A stretch of 64,000 bases of DNA, from NCBI GenBank assembly GCA_963842945.1, contig CAWJIM010000019.1, forward strand, positions 640,001 to 704,000, in the 5' to 3' direction. Positions 30,124 through 39,652 of the stretch are shown piece after piece (position 1 is the first letter of the stretch; each line of letters starts with the position of its first letter). The translations under genes and the position numbers were made by a program. The DNA comes from an uncultured Gemmatimonadales bacterium. Its GTDB lineage: Bacteria > Gemmatimonadota > Gemmatimonadetes > Gemmatimonadales > GWC2-71-9. A model generated the notes under the pieces. It saw nothing but the letters and a program-made list of their open reading frames with translations. It had not been told where the DNA came from and searched no databases.

Positions 30124-31973
30124 CCTATCGTCTCCCGCTGGCTCTCGGCTGGCGCGCTCACGGCCGACGCCGCTTCGATCCAGGCCGGCCATTGCGGGCT
30201 TCCGGTCTCGAGTGAGCGTGTCCATCGTCCGTCCGGCCCCGCGGCGAAGCCGTGACCGGGTAGGAAGCCCGCCGCGACCTGGTTGCGCCCGGAGTCGATG
30301 AACTCGGCGGCGAGTGCCGTCGCCCCGGCCTCACGCGCGTCTTCCGCGATGCGAGCGAGGAGAGCCGTCTCCACCGACTTGCCGATGACCCGGCAGCTCA
30401 TCAGGAAGGACTCCAATTGCCACGTCCCCTCGCCCGGTACCACGATGGCCACCCCGGTGAGGCCGAAATCGCCGAAGCGGTCGGTGACCCGCATGGTGTA
30501 CACCCGCCACTCCCCGGACGCCGTCCGGCGCCGGATCGTGGACTCGTCGTGACGCCGTGTCGTCAGGTTGAACTGGTTGGTCTTGGCGAGGAGTTGCACC
30601 ACCCGGGCCACACTGTCGTCGTCGAGCTGCGTGATGTCCGCCCGCAGCCCCAGTCCCCGGAGAAAGGCTTCCACCGAGCCCACCGAGCCGCGGTAGGCCT
30701 CGCGGCTGCGAGATTCCTGGTACTGCCGGGTGCGCTGGGTGTCCTCCAGCGTCTGCTGGAGCACGATGAGCGACGGGAGTGAGCCGACCCAGCTCGCGTA
30801 CATCGTCGGATCGGACGGGAGCTCGGGGACCCGCAGCTCGGGAATCTCCTGCCGCACCCAGGCCCGCTCGTGCGGGCTGTCGTCGATCAGCAGCATGTGG
30901 TCGAGGCCGATGTTCAGCTCGCGGGCGATGTCGCGAATGTTGGTCGCCTTGTCGTCCCAGTTGATGCGGTAGGCCGCGAGGTGGGCCTCGCGGATCAGCA
31001 TGCTGGAATGCTCCCGCAGGACGGCGAGCGCCTCATGCTCGTTGTTCTTGCTGCAGAGCGCGAGGAGAATGCCCTGCCCCTGGAGGTCCAGCAGCTCGCG
31101 CTGGAAGTCCACGAACTCGCTGCCGGGCCACTGCGGTCCGAGGGCGATCCCCGCGGGCCCTTCCTCGCCGAGCACGCCGCCCCAGAGGGTGTTGTCCAGG
31201 TCGAGCACGATGCACTTCGTGGCCCTGCCCATGGCCGCCAGCGCGAACCCGACGTAGCGCTCGGCCACGGCGGCCATCAGCCGGTCGGACCACGTCACAT
31301 GACCGCGGTAGTGGGTGCGCCAGTTGAAGGCGTGATCGCGGCCCACCTGCGCCACGACATCCGCCAGGGGAAAGAGAAACGTATGGTCGCGGAGCGACAG
31401 ACGCAGCCGCAGATGCTTGTTGGCGTGCGCCACCGTGTGGGCGAAGGTGCCCTTGCTGCGGAAGGCGTTGACCCCTTCGGTGCTGCGGCGAGGCAGCACG
31501 AAGTCGTTCATGACCACGATCCCCGTGCCGGCCCGGTCGAAGACGTCCAATCCCGAGAACAGCGGCGTGAGGAGTCCGCCCACCACCGGCTCGGTCTTGA
31601 GCGGCGGCGACTCCGCCCACCGCTGGTTCCACAGTACGTCCGGGTCGACCGCGAGGAACGTGACCTTGGGCCGGAAGCGATAGAGCCCCGAGGTGGGATC
31701 GATCAGCTCCGAGAGATACTGACCGTAGGGAGCGACGTAGATATCGAGCCAGATGCCCGCCCTCGCGGCCTCCACCCGGAGGACAGGCACGAACGGCTCC
31801 AGCGTGAAGGAGCCGAGCAGCGCCACCCTGGCGCGGAGCCGGTCGGGCACGGCCCCCGCCGGGATGCGATCCAAGGCGCGTGCCGCCGCCTGATACGAGG
31901 ACCAGGCCTGCCCCGGTTCCACACCGGCGGCGATGCGCCGCAATGCGAGACTGTCGATCTCCTGCTGGCTCAT
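30120..31973 (-). CDS. FkbH-like glyceryl transferase/phosphatase (HAD-IIIC)
   Basis: LDLDNTLWGG, SKNNE, DDSPHER, KTNQFNLTTRR, DRFGDFG, MSCRVIG. Confidence 0.93.
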   Translation of the reverse strand: MSQQEIDSLALRRIAAGVEPGQAWSSYQAAARALDRIPAGAVPDRLRARVALLGSFTLEPFVPVLRVEAARAGIWLDIYVAPYGQYLSELIDPTSGLYRFRPKVTFLAVDPDVLWNQRWAESPPLKTEPVVGGLLTPLFSGLDVFDRAGTGIVVMNDFVLPRRSTEGVNAFRSKGTFAHTVAHANKHLRLRLSLRDHTFLFPLADVVAQVGRDHAFNWRTHYRGHVTWSDRLMAAVAERYVGFALAAMGRATKCIVLDLDNTLWGGVLGEEGPAGIALGPQWPGSEFVDFQRELLDLQGQGILLALCSKNNEHEALAVLREHSSMLIREAHLAAYRINWDDKATNIRDIARELNIGLDHMLLIDDSPHERAWVRQEIPELRVPELPSDPTMYASWVGSLPSLIVLQQTLEDTQRTRQYQESRSREAYRGSVGSVEAFLRGLGLRADITQLDDDSVARVVQLLAKTNQFNLTTRRHDESTIRRRTASGEWRVYTMRVTDRFGDFGLTGVAIVVPGEGTWQLESFLMSCRVIGKSVETALLARIAEDAREAGATALAAEFIDSGRNQVAAGFLPGHGFAAGPDGRWTRSLETGSPQWPAWIEAASAVSAPAESQRETIG

Positions 31974-31982
31974 GCCGACTGC

Positions 31983-32509
31983 TTACCTTCGGGTGAAGAT
32001 GACCTTTGCGGGATTGCCGAGCACGATCGCTTTTGGAGGGATCCGGCCGCTGACCACCGAGCCGGCGGAGACGATCGCGTCGTCGCCGATGTCCGCTCCG
32101 GCCAGCACCACCGAGTTGGAGCCGATCCAGACCCGGTGGCCGATGCGCGTGGGCTTGCTGACGCTGCCCTGCTCCTGCAGCGGGACCTCCAGCTGGTCGA
32201 ACTGATACGTGCCCGTCAGAATGGTGCAGTTCGGACTGACCAGCACATCGTCGCCCAGCGTGAGCCCCCCTCCCCCGCGCCGAGGAAACACCCGGTGGAG
32301 ATCTGACATCGCCGCCCCATGACGAATGGGCCGTTGATCTTCACCTTGGTGAAGGCCGAGATGACGCAACCGCTGCCCCAGGTCGTCGAGTCGGCCAGGT
32401 CCACTTCGGCTTTCGCGCTGATGACGGTCCGGTGCTTCGCAAAATAATAGAGACGAACGAGCACCATCGGGATCAGCGCCCGTCGGGTCAGTTTCGAGAT
32501 CTTCGCCAT
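31983..32509 (-). CDS. Hexapeptide-repeat (LbH) acyltransferase (frameshift near 32270)
   Basis: IGHRVWIGSNSVVLAGADIGDDAIVSAGSVVS...GNPAKVI. Confidence 0.85.
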
Positions 32510-32558
32510 CTACGGCGTTCCCCTGCGCCGACGGGGCGCAGCGACGGGTTGGCTCCAC

Positions 32559-32574
32559 GGCAAGTTATCGGCCA
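32559..32574 (-). promoter_or_regulatory. Candidate sigma54 promoter of the acyltransferase-fkbH operon
   Basis: Minus strand TGGCCGATAACTTGCC matches TGGC-N7-TTGC, about 50 bp upstream of the ATG. Confidence 0.6.
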
Positions 32575-32758
32575 CCTGCTGCGAGCCTCGCAAGATAGAC
32601 AGGCGTGACCCGCGTACAACCCTGGCAGGACGGCGCTTGAGCGGGTCGGACCACCTCGGGCGAGCACCCAACCATGGCTGGCCTGGTGCCGAAGACCTTC
32701 CACACTTGCGGGGCCTCGTATCTTCAAGGCCACGCACCCCGCATCCAGAAGGACACCT

Positions 32759-34825
32759 CTGCGTCCGCACCCGCCTCGATCTCTCCGGATCGGGCTCAGG
32801 GCCCTCGTGGCCCTGGCCCTGCCCGCCTGCCGTAGCGGCGACTTGGGCCCGGCCGCCGAGCCGGGGCAGCCGGCCGTTGTTACAATCACGTCCGGCTCGG
32901 GGCAGAGCGGTCCCGCGGGTCGGCCGCTCGCCCGGGCGATCGTGGCCAGGGTCACCGATGCCGAAGGGCATGGCGTCGCGGGACAGCGGGTAACCTTTTC
33001 GACTTCCACAGGGGGCGGCGGACTAACCCCGACTACAGCGGTGACCCGGGAGTCGGGAGAAGCGACCGCCGTCTGGACCCTCGGCACCCAAGCCGGCCCA
33101 ATGACCGCGAGTGCCACCGTGCATGGTCTCGCACCCGCGGACTTCGCGGCCACGGCGGTCGCCGGAGCACCCGCTCGGTTGAGCTTCGTCGCCGCCCCCC
33201 GTGCGGCAGTCGCCGGTCGAGCCTTCGATCCTCCAGTCGCAGTCGTCCTCGAGGACGAGTACGGCAATCGTGTCCCGGGCGGCTCGAGGCAGGTGAGTCT
33301 GGCCTTGAACACCGGCCGGCTCGCCGGGCAGACCTCGGTCGGCGCGGTGGAGGGGCTCGCGGCCTTTCCCGGACTTCACATCGATTCGGCGGGCCTCGGC
33401 TACGTGCTCATTGCGGTGGCCGAGGGTCTCACCGGTGCGGAGAGTCCAGCCTTTCCGGTCGCCTCGGGCGTGGTGGCCGCGTCGCGGTCGACGCTGACTG
33501 CCTCACCCGCCACGGTTAGGACTGGTGAGGCCAGCATTGTGACCGTGACGGCGCGGGACGCCTTCGGCAATCCGGTGGCGGGCGCCCCGGTCGAGATCGG
33601 CGCGAGCGGGTCGGGCAATAGCATCGTGCAGCCTTCGGCGACGGGTGAGGGCGGTAGCGCGAGCGGGTCCATCAGCTCGAGTCGCGCCGGCAGGAAGAGC
33701 ATCACCGCTCGCGTCGGCGGGGTGACGCTCGAGGAGCAAGTCACGGTGGTGGTCCAGTCTCCTGAGATCGCCGAGGTGAGGGTGACGCCGGCGAGCGCGA
33801 CCCTGCTGGCGGGCCAGACCGTGGACCTCAGCGCCGTGGCGCTCGATCAGCAAGGGGACGCGGTCCCGGGAGCGACGATCCGCTGGAGCAGCAGCGACCC
33901 CGACATCGCTCGTGTCGGCACCGCGGGCCGGGTGACCGCCCTCGCACCCGGAGCCGCCATCGTGACCGCGACGAGCGGGGACCGGAGCGGAGCAGCGGAG
34001 ATCACCGTGAGCCTCAACGCCGGCACGCTAACCGACGTCACCTACTGCACCGTGGATCAGGTCGCGGTCAAGATGGATGTCTACATTCCCGACGCCTCGA
34101 AGCCGCGACCTCTCCCGGTCGCGGTGCACGTTCATGGGGGCGGGTGGACCAGTGGAACCAAGTCCTCCGGCAACCGGTTCGGCGAGCTGATGCCCCTCCT
34201 GTTGCAGCGGGGATACCTGGTGGCGAGCCTGGACTACCGGCTCGCGCCGGCGCACCGCTACCCGGCGCAGATCGAGGATGTGAAATGCGCGATCCGCCAC
34301 CTTCGCGCGCGGGCCTCGCGCTACGGGCTCGACCCGGATCGGATCGGCGCCTGGGGCGGCAGCGCTGGTGGCCAGCTCGTCTCCCTGCTGGGGACGGCGG
34401 GCGCGAGCGCCGGCTTCGACGATGTGGGCGGCTTTCAGGGGGCGTCGAGCGAGGTGCAGGCGGTGGTCGCGATCTCGGCCATTACCGACTTCACCCGGCC
34501 GGATGAGCTGCTCGACGACTACAGTCGTGCGTTCCAGACCTGGCCCGACCCCTCGTCAGCCGAGATGGTCGAAGCGAGCCCGGTGACCCATGTCTCCGCG
34601 GACGACGCGCCGTTCCTGCTGATCGCCGGAGAGGACGACGATCTGGTGCTGCCGGCACAGTCGCGGCGCTTGCATCAGCGGCTGCTGGACGCGGGCGTGC
34701 CCTCGACCCTGCTCACCGTGAGCAACGCGGACCACGACCTCGAGCCTACGGACGGCCCGACCGACCCGTCACCGGGGGTCATCAACTCGCGCTTGGCGGA
34801 CTTCTTCGACCGGCACCTCCGCTAG
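32759..34825 (+). CDS. Lipoprotein with Ig-like repeats fused to an alpha/beta hydrolase (start approximate)
   Basis: Lipobox-like ALALPAC; Big domains; HGGGW, GGSAGG, GEDD, ADH. Confidence 0.85.
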   Translation: MRPHPPRSLRIGLRALVALALPACRSGDLGPAAEPGQPAVVTITSGSGQSGPAGRPLARAIVARVTDAEGHGVAGQRVTFSTSTGGGGLTPTTAVTRESGEATAVWTLGTQAGPMTASATVHGLAPADFAATAVAGAPARLSFVAAPRAAVAGRAFDPPVAVVLEDEYGNRVPGGSRQVSLALNTGRLAGQTSVGAVEGLAAFPGLHIDSAGLGYVLIAVAEGLTGAESPAFPVASGVVAASRSTLTASPATVRTGEASIVTVTARDAFGNPVAGAPVEIGASGSGNSIVQPSATGEGGSASGSISSSRAGRKSITARVGGVTLEEQVTVVVQSPEIAEVRVTPASATLLAGQTVDLSAVALDQQGDAVPGATIRWSSSDPDIARVGTAGRVTALAPGAAIVTATSGDRSGAAEITVSLNAGTLTDVTYCTVDQVAVKMDVYIPDASKPRPLPVAVHVHGGGWTSGTKSSGNRFGELMPLLLQRGYLVASLDYRLAPAHRYPAQIEDVKCAIRHLRARASRYGLDPDRIGAWGGSAGGQLVSLLGTAGASAGFDDVGGFQGASSEVQAVVAISAITDFTRPDELLDDYSRAFQTWPDPSSAEMVEASPVTHVSADDAPFLLIAGEDDDLVLPAQSRRLHQRLLDAGVPSTLLTVSNADHDLEPTDGPTDPSPGVINSRLADFFDRHLR

Positions 34826-35465
34826 CCTCGGGCGTTCGCTTCGCCCCCGGCACGACGCCCACCTGCCGCGCCTTCTCCCGGAACAGCGGCCCGTGATCCA
34901 CCGGCAGGCCGGTCTCCGCCTGCCACTGGTGCACCATCTCGTGCAGCAGCGTCTGCTCCACCTCGCTCCACCGGTGCCGCGCGATGTGGCGACGGCTGAT
35001 CGCGATCTCGATCGGCTGCCCGGTGCGGATGTCCACGCTGAGCTCGCCGAGCCGACTTCGCATCCGGCCGGAGAGCCGGATCGGCACGGCGGACAGCTTG
35101 CCGGCGAAGTGCCCCCGGTTGAACCGGTCGAAGGCCTGACTGAGCCGGTGGACCAGCAGCAGGTCGCCCGGCCGGGGGCGCTCCTGCCGGAGCCGCGGCG
35201 CGCCGCCCGACGCGTACTCCTCCACCGGAAAGGCGAGCAGCTCTCGTTCGGCCGCACGGCGGACGGCGCGCGGGAGCCGCGGGTCGAGGAAGCGGATGAT
35301 CGCCCGCAGCACACCGTCGGACGCGTAGGCGTATCCCGCGTGGATCCGGAGGACCCGCCGCTTCCCGATGCTGACCATCACGCTTCGATTGGTGTGCGTG
35401 ACCACACGCGAGACTCCGTGCAGGCCGAGCAGGTAGAGGCGGGCTGGCAGATCCTCTTGGATCAC
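34782..35465 (-). CDS. SprT-like zinc metalloprotease
   Basis: FNRGHFAGKL, LLHEMVH, DHGPLFR. Confidence 0.8.
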   Translation of the reverse strand: MIQEDLPARLYLLGLHGVSRVVTHTNRSVMVSIGKRRVLRIHAGYAYASDGVLRAIIRFLDPRLPRAVRRAAERELLAFPVEEYASGGAPRLRQERPRPGDLLLVHRLSQAFDRFNRGHFAGKLSAVPIRLSGRMRSRLGELSVDIRTGQPIEIAISRRHIARHRWSEVEQTLLHEMVHQWQAETGLPVDHGPLFREKARQVGVVPGAKRTPEASGGAGRRSPPSAS

Positions 35466-36334
35466 AGGGGCTGATCTCCTCCCGCCACGGACACGGCGAC
35501 CTTCGGCGGACCCGCTCGCGCGAAGGAGAACGTGTCGGAGCGGGTGAACTCCTTGGTCCGAAGCGCCCAACGGTAGTGCTGAATGTGTACCGCGCCGGCG
35601 TCGATGGTCACCAGGTTGAACACCGATGGGCGCCCGCCGCGGGAGCGATGACTGTGGGTGCCCGAGGTGCTCACGGCCAGACTTCCGTCGATCTGTCCCG
35701 CGCCCTCCTGGTGGTCGTGTCCGCAGAGGATGACGTCGGCGCCGGTGGCGAGGAGGCGGCGGTACGCCTTGCGCCAATTGGCGAGCCCCATCCGCCGTGA
35801 AAGCTCGCCGGGCAGCACGTTGTGATGGAACACGAGCACCCGCGCGGCTCCGGGCGGCGCCTTGGCGAAGATCGCCGTGACCCGGTCGGTCTCGCGGGCC
35901 GGCAGGTGCCCCTTCACCGCGACGTCTCGGATGTTCCAGGTCAGCGAGCCCAGCGCGACCCCGTAGCTGCTGAGCGCGCCCGCGATGACCGCGCCGGGGA
36001 TCTCCAGCACCGGCCTGAGCTCGTGGAAGTACCGCGAGTACTTCTGGTACTTGCGCTGCTCGCCGAGCAGGCCGAGCGGACTCTTCCACCACTCGATGTC
36101 ATGGTTGCCCGGCACGACCAGCAGGGGCGCGTGGGGGCGCAACCGGTTGAAGAAGGCGTGCGCCGCCTGGAACTCCCCATGCCGGGCGCGCTGGGACAGG
36201 TCGCCGGAAATGACGATGGCATCCAGCCCCAGCGTCGGGAGGAACGCCTCGAGGGCCTCGATCTGCGCCAGATCGGCGTAGCCGCCGAAGTGGAGGTCCG
36301 AGAGGTGCGCGATGACGACCCGCTCGGCGCTCAT
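35462..36334 (-). CDS. Metallophosphoesterase (CpdA-like)
   Basis: SDLHFG, GDL, GNHD, FHH, GHDH. Confidence 0.88.
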   Translation of the reverse strand: MSAERVVIAHLSDLHFGGYADLAQIEALEAFLPTLGLDAIVISGDLSQRARHGEFQAAHAFFNRLRPHAPLLVVPGNHDIEWWKSPLGLLGEQRKYQKYSRYFHELRPVLEIPGAVIAGALSSYGVALGSLTWNIRDVAVKGHLPARETDRVTAIFAKAPPGAARVLVFHHNVLPGELSRRMGLANWRKAYRRLLATGADVILCGHDHQEGAGQIDGSLAVSTSGTHSHRSRGGRPSVFNLVTIDAGAVHIQHYRWALRTKEFTRSDTFSFARAGPPKVAVSVAGGDQPL

Positions 36335-36335
36335 C

Positions 36336-37691
36336 TCACCACACGATCCGGAGCCGGTACGTCACTTCGGCTTCGCCGCGGGCGGGCACCTTTACACGGA
36401 AGCGGGTGCGCACGGTGGAAAGCTTCTCCGCAGGGACCGAGCTCTTCACCACGGACCACTCGCCCGCCCGCTCCTCGATCACGTCCACGGTCGTGGCGCT
36501 GTCGGTGGCGTTGCGCACCGTCACGCGGTAGTCGGCGGTGGCAACCGTCCGTACGCCCTGAGCGGCGGTGCTGTCGCGGCGGGTGACGTAGCCGGTCTGC
36601 ACCCGCCGCGCGGTGAGATCGAAGGCGATCCCGGCGGCGAGCCGGAGGTCGCGCCCCGCGGGAGTGTGCTCCATCGAGGCCTCGCCCACGAGTTGCGGCC
36701 GGCCCGCGCTGTCGGGCTGATAGATCCGGGCGACGCCACCGGGCAGCGGCCGATCGCCGAACTCGGTCTTGTGGGGACGCTTGAGGGTGTAGCTCACCTC
36801 GACCGGCGCCTCGCTCTCCTCGCCCTCCTGGGGGAGGATGCCCCAGTACGGCACCAGCCCACGCACCTCGTACGTCCGCTCGTACGGTACCTCGGCCGGC
36901 TCGAACAACGCGACCGAAGTGGTGAGCCCCGGGAGCAGCGTGCTCTTGCCGGGAAGCGTGTAGAGGTGGAACTCGCCCACCCGCTGCTCGCTCGCGGCCT
37001 GGTCGGCCATGGCGTACGCCGCCTCGAGGCGGCGCTCCATCGGCCGGGGCGGCTCCGGCGCCTTGTCGGCCCGCCCGACGGAGCCGGCGAGGAGCTGGAC
37101 ATCGGCCTTTTCGGCGCGGAGGCCCTGCGACTCCAGCACCGCGAGCCCCGCGACGCGGGCCGTACGGCCGCCGATCGTCACCTGGTAGCTCGCCTGCCAG
37201 GTCGCGCCGCCGGTGAAGTACCCCAGGCGGAGCGTCTTCCGCTCCCTGGTGCTGAAGAGGTCGATGGCGGCGCTCGGATCGGCCACCACCACCTCGGCCG
37301 GATACATCGCCGCGCCTGGGGGCTGGAAGGTGATACGGCCGTCGGGCAGCTGGAGTCGCAGCGGATCAACCCCGAGCACGACCGCGCTCAGCGTGTCCTT
37401 GGACTCGGGCAGCCGGAACACGATCCTGCGGCCGACCGAGCGCCGCAGCGCGCTGCCTTCGTCGGTGGCCCCGTCGTAGCTGACCCGGGTGATCGCCACG
37501 CCGGAGTCGAGCGGAAAGAGCGAGGCGGGATCGAGCGGGCCAAGGCTGACCTTGTGGCTCGAGCTCCCCTTCGGCACGGCGACGGGAACCTCGCGCCGCA
37601 CCAGGACGCGCCCGTCGTTGTAGATGGTCACACTGGTCTGCGCGGAGAGCGGGGCGGCCAGCACCCCGAGCGCCAGCAGGCTCTTCATCAT
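36336..37691 (-). CDS. DUF4139/DUF4140 family exported protein
   Basis: Signal peptide, VTIYND, WQASY, EFHLYTL, PLPGG, YRVTVRN. Confidence 0.8.
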   Translation of the reverse strand: MMKSLLALGVLAAPLSAQTSVTIYNDGRVLVRREVPVAVPKGSSSHKVSLGPLDPASLFPLDSGVAITRVSYDGATDEGSALRRSVGRRIVFRLPESKDTLSAVVLGVDPLRLQLPDGRITFQPPGAAMYPAEVVVADPSAAIDLFSTRERKTLRLGYFTGGATWQASYQVTIGGRTARVAGLAVLESQGLRAEKADVQLLAGSVGRADKAPEPPRPMERRLEAAYAMADQAASEQRVGEFHLYTLPGKSTLLPGLTTSVALFEPAEVPYERTYEVRGLVPYWGILPQEGEESEAPVEVSYTLKRPHKTEFGDRPLPGGVARIYQPDSAGRPQLVGEASMEHTPAGRDLRLAAGIAFDLTARRVQTGYVTRRDSTAAQGVRTVATADYRVTVRNATDSATTVDVIEERAGEWSVVKSSVPAEKLSTVRTRFRVKVPARGEAEVTYRLRIVW

Positions 37692-37978
37692 TTCATGGTC
37701 TCCATGGCCACGCGGCTCGCGATGCGCCGCACGATGATGTAGGTCGCCAGGACGGCGACCGCCCCGTAGACCCGAGCCATCGGATCCGGGGGCATGGTGA
37801 GTGCGACGTACAGACCCATCAGCAACGTCGCGGCCAGGGAGATGCGGGTAGCCAGCTTTGATGCACGCCGGGACCGCTCCGCGCGGCAACGCGGGCAGAG
37901 ATCGCCCCAGGCGAGACCGACCACCCGGTCGCCGCACTTCGCACAGGGGACCTCAGGCAACCCGCCGCGCGACAGCAC
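37688..37978 (-). CDS. Small membrane protein with two CxxC pairs (start uncertain)
   Basis: CAKC...CPRC followed by two TM helices. Confidence 0.6.
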   Translation of the reverse strand: MLSRGGLPEVPCAKCGDRVVGLAWGDLCPRCRAERSRRASKLATRISLAATLLMGLYVALTMPPDPMARVYGAVAVLATYIIVRRIASRVAMETMK

Positions 37979-38969
37979 GGCCGAACTCCTCGGTGGAAGC
38001 CGTTCCGCCGAGATCCCGGGTGCGGATCCCGTCGGTCACGATGGTGTCGATCACGCCCCGCCGGATCCGCTCGGCCCGGCCCAGCTCGCCCAGGTGGTCG
38101 AGCATCATCGCGGCCGCGAGCATCTGGGCGGAGGGATTGGCGACGCCCTTGCCGGCGATGTCCGGGGCGCTGCCGTGCACCGCCTCGAAGATCGCGGCCT
38201 TGGTGCCGATGTTGGCGCCCGGCGCGAGCCCCAGGCCGCCGACCAGGCCGGAGACCTCGTCGCTCAGGATGTCGCCGAACATGTTCGTGGTCACCATGAC
38301 GTCGAACTGCTCGGGCCGCATCACCAGCTGCATCGCGGTGTTGTCCACGATCATGTCGTTGGACTCCACCCGGCCGGCGTACTCCTCGGCGATCGCACGG
38401 CCCACCTCGAGGAACAGGCCGCTCACCATCTTCAGGATGTTCGCCTTGTGCACGATGGTGACCTTGCGCCGGCCCTGTCGCAGGGCGTACTCGAAGGCGT
38501 AGCGCACGATGCGCTCGCACCCCGCGCGGGTGACGATGGCCATGGACTCGGCCACCGCGCGGGGGTCGTCGCCGATCTGCACGAAGTGCTCGACCCCGAT
38601 GTAGAGCCCCTCGAGGTTCTCCCGCACCAGCACGATGTCCACGTTCTCGAACCGGCCGCCGGGTACGATGGACTTGGCGGGACGAACGTTGGCGAAGAGC
38701 TCGAATTCCTTGCGGAGGCCGACGTTGACCGAGCGGAACCCGGTTCCGACCGGGGTGGTGAGGGGACCCTTGAGGGCGACGGTGTTCTTGCGGATGCTCT
38801 CGACGGTGGCGTCGGGCAGCGGGGTACCCGTGGCCTCGACGGCGCTCATCCCGGCGAGCTCCTCGTCCCAGTTGAAGCGCAGCCCGGTGGCCTCGAGGAC
38901 CTTCACCGTCTGGGCCGTGATCTCCGGACCGATGCCGTCCCCGGGGATGAGGGTGACGTCGTAGGTCAT
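37953..38969 (-). CDS. Isocitrate/isopropylmalate dehydrogenase family, probably NAD-dependent IDH
   Basis: PGDGIGPE, LKGPLTTP, HKANI, NMFGDILSD, EAVHGSAPDIAG. Confidence 0.9.
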   Translation of the reverse strand: MTYDVTLIPGDGIGPEITAQTVKVLEATGLRFNWDEELAGMSAVEATGTPLPDATVESIRKNTVALKGPLTTPVGTGFRSVNVGLRKEFELFANVRPAKSIVPGGRFENVDIVLVRENLEGLYIGVEHFVQIGDDPRAVAESMAIVTRAGCERIVRYAFEYALRQGRRKVTIVHKANILKMVSGLFLEVGRAIAEEYAGRVESNDMIVDNTAMQLVMRPEQFDVMVTTNMFGDILSDEVSGLVGGLGLAPGANIGTKAAIFEAVHGSAPDIAGKGVANPSAQMLAAAMMLDHLGELGRAERIRRGVIDTIVTDGIRTRDLGGTASTEEFGRAVARRVA

Positions 38970-39624
38970 GGCCCGCCGGTGTCGAGGGGGAGCACCGCCG
39001 TGAGCGCGGCATCGAGCGCGGTCTGCGGGTCGGCGCCGCTGCCTTTGGCCAGCGAGCGCCAGAGCACCTTTCCGCTCCGGGTATCCGCGACGACCAGCGT
39101 GAGATCGGCGCGGATCCGCCCGTCCGCCTGCCGCCCGAACCCGAGCGACGCCGGCACCATGACCGCTCGCCCGCCCACCACCGCCATCAGGTTCCGCAGC
39201 GAGGAGCGCAGCGGATCGGGAATGTCCTTCAGCTTGGGCGAGCGCAGCATCGCCTGGCCCATCTGGTCGGGGTCGCCGACGATGCCGGGCGAGCGCCGCG
39301 CGGCCTTGCGCAGCTCGGGCGGAAGGACCCAGCGCACCTCGGGCGCACGGCCGGTGAACGCCTCGCCGATGAGCGAGTCGGCCCAGAGGAGCGTCGTCTG
39401 GCGGTCGCGATAGGGAGCGTAGATGGTGTCCGACTGGAGAGCGGGATCGGCGGCGATGAGCGTGATGGGCATGACGGCGACACTCTGCCCGACGAGCGCT
39501 TCGGTCGGCACCGGTGGCGCCAGCTCCCGCGCGGCGGGGCCGGAGCGACGGGCGCGGGCTGCTGCGCGCCGGCCGCGCAACTGAACGACAGCAGCGCGAG
39601 TATCACGGCGGGAATCGGTTTCAC
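38966..39624 (-). CDS. Hypothetical lipoprotein (frameshift near 39535)
   Basis: GTG start, KPIPAVILALLSFSC lipobox, TACTTT -10 box 6 nt upstream; body in ORF 38966-39580. Confidence 0.65.
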
Positions 39625-39652
39625 GGCGGGAAAGTAAACAGATAAGCCCGCT

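Noticed and set aside
25211..32509. Lasso-peptide or PKS cluster suggested by AsnB-like, ACP and FkbH genes
   Set aside because: No precursor peptide, B protein/RRE, ketosynthase or adenylation domain is present in the window.
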